A stretch of 63,903 nt of DNA, filler included, from Reclinomonas americana ATCC 50394 (taxonomy: Eukaryota): NCBI GenBank assembly GCA_048213135.1. It is 28 parts of 28 records of this genome, joined end to end, with 100 filler letters (N's around TTAATTAATTAA, not from the genome) between each part and the next. Parts side by side here need not be neighbours in the genome. Positions count along the whole stretch, not along the records: positions 54,408 to 56,510 come from AFZH01023173.1; positions 56,611 to 58,312 come from AFZH01023175.1; positions 58,413 to 60,379 come from AFZH01023177.1; positions 60,480 to 62,267 come from AFZH01023178.1; positions 62,368 to 63,903 come from AFZH01023182.1; 23 more parts are not named here. The stretch is one strand, 5' to 3'. Shown here piece after piece: positions 55,583 through 63,903 of the stretch (position 1 is the stretch's first letter; every line of letters starts with the position of its first letter). The position numbers and the translations under genes were made by a program. Below the pieces are notes generated by a model. It was not told where the DNA came from and ran no database searches. It saw only the letters and a program-made list of their open reading frames with translations.

Positions 55583-56510
55583 TCACTTTCGCCCGAGGAC
55601 CTTCTTCCACCGGGCGGCGTACGACAGCGGCACGAATCCGACTGCTTCGTTGACGTCGAGCATGTGGCGATTCTCCTCGGCATTCATCGTCTCGATGAGG
55701 CCGTGATCGGGGAACCCGTCGCGGAGCCCGCGGATGTTGGCGAGTTTCAACAGCATCCCGAGGCGGCGACCGCGATGATCTCGCAGCACCAGCGTGTCGC
55801 GCTGTTCCACGGATCGATCGGGCTCCGGCGGCACATCGAGCTCGGTGTAACCCGCCGCCGTTCCCGTGGCGTCGTCGACCACGATGGTCGTGAGCAGCAT
55901 GCGAGGGCTCGTCTCCCACAGATCGTCGAACGCGCCCACACGCTCGGTCGTCCAGAGGTCTTCGCTCTGCTCGATTCCGGCGTTCGGAGCATCCGTGCTC
56001 ATCCTGGTGCGCAGAAGGGCGATGCTCTCCATCCATTCGTGCGGCGTCCGGCCCTGCCACGTCACCGTACGGTAGCCGACGGCTGCCGCGGTCGTCTCGG
56101 CGAGCAGGGCCGAGAAGGCTTCCTCATCGACGGGCAGTGCGAGGCCGCTCAACCGACCGACCTGCTCGAGAGAGAAGCCGCGGTTCCGCAGGAAGCGCGT
56201 CGAGGGGAGCTCTGCCGGCACGGATCCGAAGCCGGTCGGGGCAGAGATGCTGTCGCCCGTGTCCGTCGCCGTCGCGATCGCAAGGAAGCTCGTCTGATTC
56301 TGGATCGTGGTTCGACCTCGGGCCCTGGCCGTCTGCTCGAGGCGCTCGTACAGCGCTGAGCCGATGCCCCGGTTCCTGTGGGCAGCAAGCACCGCGACGG
56401 AGGCCCAGCATTCGCTCGCATCGGCCGGGAGCGCCAGGCTGCCGCGCGCGACGACCCTGCCCTCGACCTTGGCGACGAATCCGAGCATCTCGGTGCTCTC
56501 GTCCTTCCAG
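55583..56510 (-). CDS. Tandem GNAT acetyltransferase, 5' partial
   Basis: VLAAHRNRGIGSAL, TLVLRDHRGRRLGMLLK and NAEENRHMLDVNEAVGF. Confidence 0.9.
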
Positions 56511-56610
56511 NNNNNNNNNNNNNNNNNNNNNNNNNNNNNNNNNNNNNNNNNNNNTTAATTAATTAANNNNNNNNNNNNNNNNNNNNNNNNNNNNNNNNNN
56601 NNNNNNNNNN

Positions 56611-56940
56611 CGCCTCCATCGCCTCCCGTGCCTCGGCCGCGTCCCCCCAGCCCGGGTCGCGGCGGCGCACCAGGTGCCCGCGGTCGAGGTCGTTCCGCGC
56701 ATAGACCTCAGGGCCGGTCTGCTCGTCGGCATCGATCCGTGGGTCGAGCCGCCACTCGCCCTCCCTGGCGAGGTCGCGGAGCTGCGCCCCGTCGATGTTC
56801 ACTGCGGTGACGCTCGCCAGCCGTCGCGCAGGGTCGAGCAGCACGGTGAACCGCGGGTACTCCAGCGCGCGAAACTCCCGCGCCGGCTCCGGCAAGGCAA
56901 CCGCAGCCCCCAGGAACTCCGCCTCGTACCCGTCTGTCAT
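56611..56940 (-). CDS. DNA/RNA non-specific endonuclease, 3' partial
   Basis: MTDGYEAEFLG...WRLDPRI...YARNDLDRGHLVRR (DRGH active-site motif). Confidence 0.88.
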
Positions 56941-57017
56941 ACGTCCATCTTGGTGCTCCCGTGGCCGTTGTGGCGGGTTCAAGAGCGAAACACCCGCCAC
57001 ACCGGCCACGGGAGCGG

Positions 57018-58106
57018 CTACACGTGACTGCGCTGCTCGATCAGAGGACAGCTGAAGACGTCGCGCTCGCCGAGGCCGACGCGGTTGATGTAGCGGACGA
57101 CGATCGCGTACGAGGCGAACAGGCCGATGCTGGTGTACGGCACCCCGAGCTCGCGGCAGTACGCCTCGACCACGGGAGCCGCGCGACGCAGGTGAGGGCG
57201 GGGCATCGAGGGGAAGAGATGATGCTCGACCTGGTAGTTCAGCCCGCCGAGAAGGACATCGACGAACCGGCTGCCGCTCACGTTGCGGCTCATCAACACC
57301 TGGCGCCGCAGGAAGTCCAGCGTCATGTCCCGCGGGACCACCGGCATCCCTTTGTGGTTCGGCGCGAACGCGATGCCCATGTAGAAGCCGAAGAGTCCGA
57401 GCTGCACGGCGAGGAACACGAAGGCGATGCCCGGGGAGAGCACGAGGAACACCAGCACCAGGTAGCCGATCATCCGCACGGCCAGGAAGACGATCTCCAC
57501 CCATCGTCGTTCGAGGCGGCCGCGGGTGAACACGCGTCGAACGCTCGAGGCGTGGAGCGACAGACCCTCGAAGAGGAGGATCGGGAAGAACATCAGGCCC
57601 TGATGCGCGCGCAGCCATGACACCAGCGGGCTGTGATGCCGTGCCGCACTTTCGGCCGTGACCGCGATGACGGGCAGCTCGATGTCGGGGTCGGCGCCGA
57701 GCTTGTTGGGATTCGCGTGATGTCGCGTGTGCTTGTGCTGCCACCAGCCGTAGCTCATGCCGACGAGCAGGTCGCCCAGGATCAGGCTGACCCAGTCGTT
57801 CCAGCGTCCGGAGACGAAGATCTGGCGGTGGGCGGCGTCGTGGCCGAGGAACGCGATCTGGGTGAACACGATCGCGAGCACGGCCGCGGTGAACAGCTGC
57901 CACCAGGTGTCGCCGATCCAGACGAACACGAAGATGCAGGCGATGAGCACCAGCGGCGCGCCCACGAGCTTCGACCAGTAGTAGCCGTAGCGGCGGCGCA
58001 GCAGTCCGCGCTCGCGCACGGCCTGCGCCAGCTCCGTGAAGGTGCTCGGCGTGCGGGTCGCGCTGTCGCGCGGACGGGTGCGGACGGTCGGACGGATGTC
58101 GTCCAT
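57018..58106 (-). CDS. Fatty acid (acyl-CoA) desaturase
   Basis: Histidine boxes HDAAH, HTRHH and QVEHH. Confidence 0.95.
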   Translation of the reverse strand: MDDIRPTVRTRPRDSATRTPSTFTELAQAVRERGLLRRRYGYYWSKLVGAPLVLIACIFVFVWIGDTWWQLFTAAVLAIVFTQIAFLGHDAAHRQIFVSGRWNDWVSLILGDLLVGMSYGWWQHKHTRHHANPNKLGADPDIELPVIAVTAESAARHHSPLVSWLRAHQGLMFFPILLFEGLSLHASSVRRVFTRGRLERRWVEIVFLAVRMIGYLVLVFLVLSPGIAFVFLAVQLGLFGFYMGIAFAPNHKGMPVVPRDMTLDFLRRQVLMSRNVSGSRFVDVLLGGLNYQVEHHLFPSMPRPHLRRAAPVVEAYCRELGVPYTSIGLFASYAIVVRYINRVGLGERDVFSCPLIEQRSHV

Positions 58107-58412
58107 GATGACCTCTTCGCGGGTGTCGCCCTAGTCGCGGGCGGGCCCCGCCTTCTTCCGCCCAGTCCGAGATGCGTGCCTCGTCGTCGTCGATCGCTGT
58201 GAGGGCGGCGTGGGGGTCGGGCGTCTGCACGATCGTCGGCGACCCAGAAGGCGCGTCGACGGGAGCGGATCCGTGACCCAGCGGTTCGGGGCTGTGCCCC
58301 GCGATCTTCACTNNNNNNNNNNNNNNNNNNNNNNNNNNNNNNNNNNNNNNNNNNNNTTAATTAATTAANNNNNNNNNNNNNNNNNNNNNNNNNNNNNNNN
58401 NNNNNNNNNNNN

Positions 58413-58825
58413 CTCCCTTCCACTCTTCCCCCTTCCGTCTTCCTCCTTCCGTCTTCCCCCTTCCGTCTTCCCCCTTCCGTCTTCCCCCTTCCGTCTTCCC
58501 CCTTCGGTCTTCCCCCTTCTCTTCCCCATCGTCTTCCCCCTTCGGCCTTCCCCTTCCGTCTTCCCCCTTCCGTCTTCCCCCTTCGCTTCCCCCTTCTCTT
58601 CCCCTCCTTCCCCCTTCTCTCTCCCCTTCTCTTCCCGCTTTGCTTCCCCCTTCTCCCCCCTTCGGTCTTCCCCCTTCGGTCTTCCCCCTTCGGTCTTCGC
58701 CCTTCTCTTCCTCTTCTCTTCCTTCTTCACTTCCCCTTGGCTTCCCCTTGGCTTCCCCTTGGCTTCCCCTTGGCTTCCCCCTTTGCTTCCCCTTTGCTTC
58801 CCCTTTGCTTCCCCTTTGCTTCCCT
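58413..58825. repeat. Pyrimidine-rich intronic tandem repeats (CTTCCCCCTTCCGT and CTTCCCCTTGG units)
   Basis: Degenerate 11-14-bp units are directly visible. Confidence 0.85.
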
Positions 58826-58853
58826 TATCCCGCCACTCACTTCTCTCGTGCAG

Positions 58854-59237
58854 GCGCCTCGGCTGTGGCACTCGGCGCATTCGGCGCACACGGTCTGCGC
58901 AACCGGGTCGATCCTGCCCTCATCAAGACCTGGTTTGCTGCCTCTCTCCCTCTCCCCTCTCCTCTTCCGCTGCTCTGACACCTCCTTTCACAAAAGGGAG
59001 ACCGCCGCGCACTACCACCTCCTGCACTCGGTGGTGCTGATGGTGATCCCGGTGGCGGCCAGCATGTTGAAGGCGTCGGCGACGTTGCCGTGCGTGTGCA
59101 TGTCGGCCGGCATGCTGCTCTTCTCTGGATCGCTGTACTTGTACACGCTGACGGGCAACAGGAAACTGGGGATGGTGGCGCCGATAGGAGGGACGTTGTT
59201 GATTGCGGGGTGGGTGGCACTGGCGATGATGGCGTGA
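58854..59237 (+). CDS. TMEM256/DUF423 family membrane protein, 5' partial, 2 exons
   Basis: Exons 58854-58932 and 58997-59237 give AVALGAFGAHGL...W/ETAAHYHLLH...LFSGSLY...APIGG. Confidence 0.92.
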   Translation, partial: APRLWHSAHSAHTVCATGSILPSSRPGLLPLSLSPLLFRCSDTSFHKRETAAHYHLLHSVVLMVIPVAASMLKASATLPCVCMSAGMLLFSGSLYLYTLTGNRKLGMVAPIGGTLLIAGWVALAMMA

Positions 59238-59651
59238 CGGTAGTGGATGGGTTGTGAGGACGGCCCTCTGCAGTTTTTAGTGAATGTAGGCTGTGGAGAG
59301 AATGGAGAGGAAGAGAGAAAGAGTTGCACTGGAACAAGGTGGGTTGCATCCGTACTGATGGGTAGCAAAGCCCAAGCGTTGCCCCACGGCATCGCTGGCC
59401 ACATGTTGTCGCCTTCTGCACGTTGCAGTAGATCATGAAATCGATATCGAAATCGATATTTCGGATCAGCGTCGCCTTTTGCTTCTGGGAAGCCTCCGTT
59501 TCTAGCGATGGCGATCTTCATGCAGCCATGGACTTAAAAGCTGTTGATTTTGATTGCCGACGCCCCATTTCTGGATTCCCGGCAAAGCCTGTCATCAGTC
59601 CCGTCGTCAATCATCGCATACGCAACGAAACACACGCACACACACACACAC

Positions 59652-61677
59652 ATGCAACGTTCGACCGACCCTTCAGGCTCGGGTATTCCCACCCTCCCAC
59701 TGGCCACTACAGCATCAGCCACTGCATACTCGTCATCAGTGACGCCACCTCGTTCGCCCACTCGCTCTTCCTCTGCTTCCTCTGCTGCTGCTGCTGCTGC
59801 TGGATCTTCAAGTCCGCGACTGCCGGACTTTGCGCCGCACTCGGGCGCCACACATCGTCTCTTTGAGGTGTTCAACTTGCTGCAGTCGGTCGCCACTCGG
59901 TGCGTGACTGATATCTCTCTTTCGCACTCTCACACACATAAAGGCGCTGTTTCTCCTTCTCACACTCTCATGCTCACACGTGCTTCTCTAGTCTATCCTC
60001 TTCTTGTCTACCACTGCACACTCTCTCTCTCTCTCTCTCTCTCATTTTCAAATCTATCTTCGTCTTCTTCCTGTCTTCTTCATTCCTTGTCCTCCCTTTC
60101 TCCTGTGCTTTCCTCTTTTTCTTGTGCCCTTCTCTCCCTCCCTCTTCTTCTCCTTCTCTCATGCCGCCTTGCTGCCTTCTTTCCCCTCTCGTCCTCTCCG
60201 GGGTTTCGTTCCTTTCCTTCTCTGTCACTCGCTCTCCCCTTCTCTCCCCTTCTCTCCCCTTCTCTCTCCTCCTCTCTCACTCGCTCTCCCCTTCTCTCCC
60301 CCTCTCTCGCCTCTCTCGCCTCTCTCGCGTCTCTCTCTTCCTTCTTTTTGCCTCTCCCCTTCTCCCTTCTCTCTCCCTCNNNNNNNNNNNNNNNNNNNNN
60401 NNNNNNNNNNNNNNNNNNNNNNNTTAATTAATTAANNNNNNNNNNNNNNNNNNNNNNNNNNNNNNNNNNNNNNNNNNNNTCTCCCTCTCTCCCTCTCTCG
60501 CCTCTCTCTCTCCTCTCTCCCTCCTCTCTCCCTCCTCTCTCCCTCCTCTCTCCCTCTTCTCTCCCTCCTCTGTTCTTTTGTTGTCTGTGAGTACATTTCT
60601 CCTTTGAGTCTTTCTGACAAGAAGTCATGCAGGCATCGATTGGACTTTGAGGTTCCGCGGATTGTGCTTCTTGGCAAGCAGTCCAGTGGCAAGTCGACGC
60701 TGATTGATGCATGTTGCGTGTGGGATGAGAAAGGGGATCGGGGTGAGAGAGGGAGGGAGAGGGAAAGGAAGAGAGAGAAAACTGAGAAAAGAGAGCGAGA
60801 GAGAGGATACACCTGGTTCTTGTCGCCGCTTCTCCTGTGCAGTCGCCGCTTCTCCTGTGCAGTCGCTGCTCTCCCTCGCAGTCGCTGCTCTCCTGTGCAG
60901 TCGCTGCTCTCCTGTGCAGTCGCTGCTCTCCTGTGCAGTCGCTGCTCTCCTGTGCAGTCGCTGCTCTCCTGTGCAGTCGCTGCTCTCTCCTTTGCAGTCG
61001 CTGCCCCTCTCGTGTCAGTCGCTGCTCCTCTCCTGTGCAGTCGCTGCTCCTCTCATGCCGTCTCACCCTTTCCCTTTTTGCCCCCTTCCCCCCTTCCCCC
61101 TTTCCCCCTTTCCTCCTTTCCCCCTTTCGCAGTGGTCGGCTTCCGCTTCAACTACACCGCCCGCGGCATCGGCACCCGCCGCCCGCTCATCATTCAGATG
61201 CGACGGGATCCGGCGCACCAGCGCCCCTCGTGCACCCTCCACGACCGTCTCTCCATCGGCCACGCTCGTCTCGGGCGCCCGCTGCAAGGGTTCGAGGTGT
61301 CGTCGTTGATTCACGAGGTTCGCCGGTATTGCCAAGTTCCCTACTTCTCGATTCTCACTCACCCTTCATCCGCAGCTGCAAGAAAAGACGTGCCCCGAGG
61401 GCCGCTTCAATGCCGAGCCGATTCTGGTGGAGGTCTCGTTCGCCAAGGCCTGCGATCTGACCGTGGTCGATCTGCCCGGCTTTGTCGGCCTGCACACGCT
61501 GGATGTGGAGTCTGACGAGCGATTCCGGGTGCGTGCTACTCTGTTCGCGTGGGTGTTGTTTTGTTAGCTGATTGTGGGGGGAATGTGCAGTCGGTCATGA
61601 CGCTGGTGGAGGAGCATGCGAGTTTGGAGCGCCATCCGAATGCGCTGTTGGTGTGCTTGCTGGACTCGACGGGGCAG
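59652..61677 (+). CDS. Dynamin-related GTPase, DRP5A/Dlp-type, 3' partial, 5 exons seen
   Basis: Exons 59652-59899, 60633-60712, 61133-61317, 61376-61528 and 61591-61677 splice in phase. Motifs LFEVFNLLQ, P-loop GKQSSGKS, ALVGFRFN, GTRRPLIIQM and DLPG. Confidence 0.9.
60830..61050. repeat. Intronic 19-bp tandem repeat (CTCCTGTGCAGTCGCTGCT), about 11 copies
   Basis: Head-to-tail units in dynamin intron 2. Confidence 0.9.
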
Positions 61678-62132
61678 GTGGGTGGGACGGGAGGGGGAAG
61701 GGGGAGCGAGGGGGAAGTGGGAAGGGAGAAGGGGGGAGGGGGAAGAGAGGAAGGGAGAAGAGAGGAAAGGGGAGGGGGAAAGGGAGGAAATATGCAGGGA
61801 GGGGGAGGGAGGGTGGAAGGGAGGGGAAGGGAGGATGGAAGGGGAAAGGGGAAGCGGGGAAGGGGCAGAGGAGAATGGAGGAGAGATAGAGAAGAGAATG
61901 GGAGAAAGGGAGAACATACAGGGAGGAAGAAAGAGGAACTAAGGCGGAAAGGAGGGAAGAGAGAAGAAGAGGTGCAGTTCAACCGTTGCCGTTGAATTAG
62001 TGATATCGAGACACCCTGGTCTCCGTAGCTCTGCCGTTCGTCGCACTTGTCGCGCTCGTGTTAACTGGAAAAGTCTTGCCTTTCGCTTGTTTTTTCTCTT
62101 CTGTCGCCCGCTGAAGGAGTGTCTCCTGCCAG

Positions 62133-62180
<48 letters not shown>

Positions 62181-62367
62181 ACTCTACGTACGTACGTTAC
62201 CGTTACCGTTCCGTTACCTACCGTACCTTACCCTTACCGTTACCGTTACCGTACGTACCGTACGTACNNNNNNNNNNNNNNNNNNNNNNNNNNNNNNNNN
62301 NNNNNNNNNNNTTAATTAATTAANNNNNNNNNNNNNNNNNNNNNNNNNNNNNNNNNNNNNNNNNNNN

Positions 62368-63195
62368 TGTTCATCCGCAGCTGCTCACCCGTCTCGAGTC
62401 GCTGGAGGTGCGTGATCGAGCGATGCAGGAACGTGAGGCAGCCGCACTTGAGCAACAAGCCAGGGAGCGCGAGGAACAGGCCAGAGAGCAGGAGGCGCGA
62501 GAGCAACTGGCCCCAGAGCCGGAGGAGCGGGAGCACGAGGCCATCCAACCGGTAATGGATCGTGACCGAGCGGAGAAAAAGGTCATCAATAGCGAATTGC
62601 TGAGTGCAGCGGACGGACGAGTGGTGCTGCAGTGGATACAGCAGGCGCGGGGAGGTGGCGATGTGGGCGCGCTCATTTTGAAGTCGCTGTTCAAGAGCAG
62701 TCGGCATGGGTTCGCCGCTGACACGTTCCATGAGCGATGCGATAACCGTGGGTGAGTGGGTAGGAAAAGGGAGGGAGAGAATAAGTTTGTCACACATTGG
62801 TGCGCAGCCCGACGCTGATTGTGGTCAAGTCATCGTCGGGACGAGTGTGCGGCGGCTACACGCCTGTCCCGTGGCAGTCCGCGCCCAACAATTTCGCTGC
62901 CGACCCGTCCGGCACCACCTTCCTCTTCTCGGCGTCGTGGAGTGGCGCCGGCATGCGACGCTTTGCGCTGAAAGACGACCGGAAACAGCAGGCCGTGGCT
63001 CACTGCGCCTCGTTTGGACCCTACTTTGCCGGTGGTCACGACCTTGTCTTGTACGACAGCTGCAACAGCAACTACAGCAGCTACAGCAACGCCGGCGCGT
63101 ATGAGAGCACCGATGGCGGGCCGTATGACGCGACGACGCTGATGGGGTCGCAGAGCTTCCAGGTGGAGGACTATGAGGTCTTCCTCATTGAGTGA
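62368..63195 (+). CDS. Coiled-coil plus TLDc domain protein, 5' partial, 2 exons
   Basis: Exons end at 62751 and resume at 62808: LFKSSRHGFAADTFHERCDNRG/PTLIVVKS...GGYTPVPW...FLFS...GPYFAGGHDL...FQVEDYEVF. Confidence 0.92.
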
Positions 63196-63202
63196 GGGGC
63201 GG

Positions 63203-63450
63203 GAGGGGAAAGGGGTCTTGTTGCAAGAAAGGCAGCAGGATAAGATAGCCACACCCAACAGTTGTTGTCTTTCGAAGTTTGGGACGCGATCAATCCCATT
63301 CATCGCAAGGCGGAGAGCAGGGATTGAGGGGAATGGGGTCTTGTTGCAAGAAAGGCACCACGACAATACAGCCACACCCAACAGTTGTTGTCTTCCGAAG
63401 TGTGGGACACAATCAATCAGCAACAGAGGAGAGCAGGGATTGAATGGAAT
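63203..63450. repeat. Two-copy direct repeat of about 123 bp after the TLDc stop
   Basis: GGGGTCTTGTTGCAAGAAAGGCA...AGCCACACCCAACAGTTGTTGTCTT...GGAGAGCAGGGATTGA. Copies start near 63203 and 63326. Confidence 0.85.
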
Positions 63451-63850
63451 CCGAGGATATGCACAAGGGCGCTGGATCTGCCTCTGCTGCTGCTGCTTCA
63501 GAAGGTGACAGGCAGGTTGTCCTCGAGCAGCAAGTGATATGTCGTGGTGGCGAACTGGGGTGCGAGTGGCGAGGTGTTGTTGGTGACACGGAGGAGCACG
63601 AGCGAGTGTGCGATGTGTTGCGAGTGGAGCGACCACTGCGAGAGGTGAGTTGTAAGGGTGGACGCTGCTGGTCATTCAAGCAGCTGATGTGGCTCGTGGA
63701 CAGCTGCATGGGCGGGTGCGAGAGCTTTCTCAAATGGTGGCCGACAGCAGGGAGCTACTTGTCGCGTGTACTGAGCAACTTGCGGTCGAGCGTCGATCGC
63801 GGCAAGTGCTCGAGAGGACTGCTGCTGAGGTCTATCGTGTGATTGCTCTT

Positions 63851-63903
<53 letters not shown>

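Noticed and set aside
56563..58311. 582-aa ORF suggesting a large nuclease fusion
   Set aside because: Most of it is an alternative frame over the desaturase. Only the part from ATG 56940 looks like a real endonuclease.
17598..58412. Large bacterial-to-eukaryote horizontal transfer
   Set aside because: Every eukaryote/bacterium transition falls on a spacer. The bacterial genes keep operons and RBSs and have no introns, so co-assembly is the simpler explanation.
62170..62267. TAC/TACG/TTACCG repeat resembling a telomere or satellite
   Set aside because: It is an irregular TACG-cycle sequence at a contig end after a CT microsatellite, typical of degraded flow-order read tails.
1259..62367. 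Regularly recurring TTAATTAATTAA motif
   Set aside because: It is an artificial six-frame-stop linker embedded in N runs.

Overview
This window is not one genome. It is 28 contigs joined by 100-nt artificial spacers (N44-TTAATTAATTAA-N44) and comes from at least three organisms. (1) An intron-rich eukaryote, probably a protist, occupies 1-17597 and 58413-63903. It has GA/CT-microsatellite introns and encodes an 8-exon class I fructose-bisphosphate aldolase, a 7TM receptor-like protein, TMEM256/DUF423, a DRP5A/Dlp-type dynamin and a TLDc protein. (2) A high-GC alphaproteobacterium (Hyphomicrobiales-like, inferred) occupies 17698-32723, with a Dpp/Opp ABC transporter, polysaccharide genes, an Fe-S hydro-lyase/IclR/Bug cluster and motA. 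(3) A high-GC actinobacterium (Microbacterium-like, inferred) occupies 32824-58312. Several genes continue across spacers, so contig order is real within each block. The most notable system is a CRISPR-less Tn7-like transposon, tnsA-tnsB-tnsC-tniQ-tniQ, whose two TniQ proteins are similar-sized double-zinc-finger paralogs. An XRE/winged-helix/Zn-ribbon module and cargo follow: a LacI-controlled rhamnosidase/GH2 module with paired operators, a HAD protein and a PUA/ASCH gene pair. A candidate transposon end (two TGACAACTC-N3-TGAGA sites and terminal ACA) lies at 50310-50413. Single-base frameshifts and TACG-type junk suggest pyrosequencing errors. All family assignments come from motif recognition by eye, not database searches.
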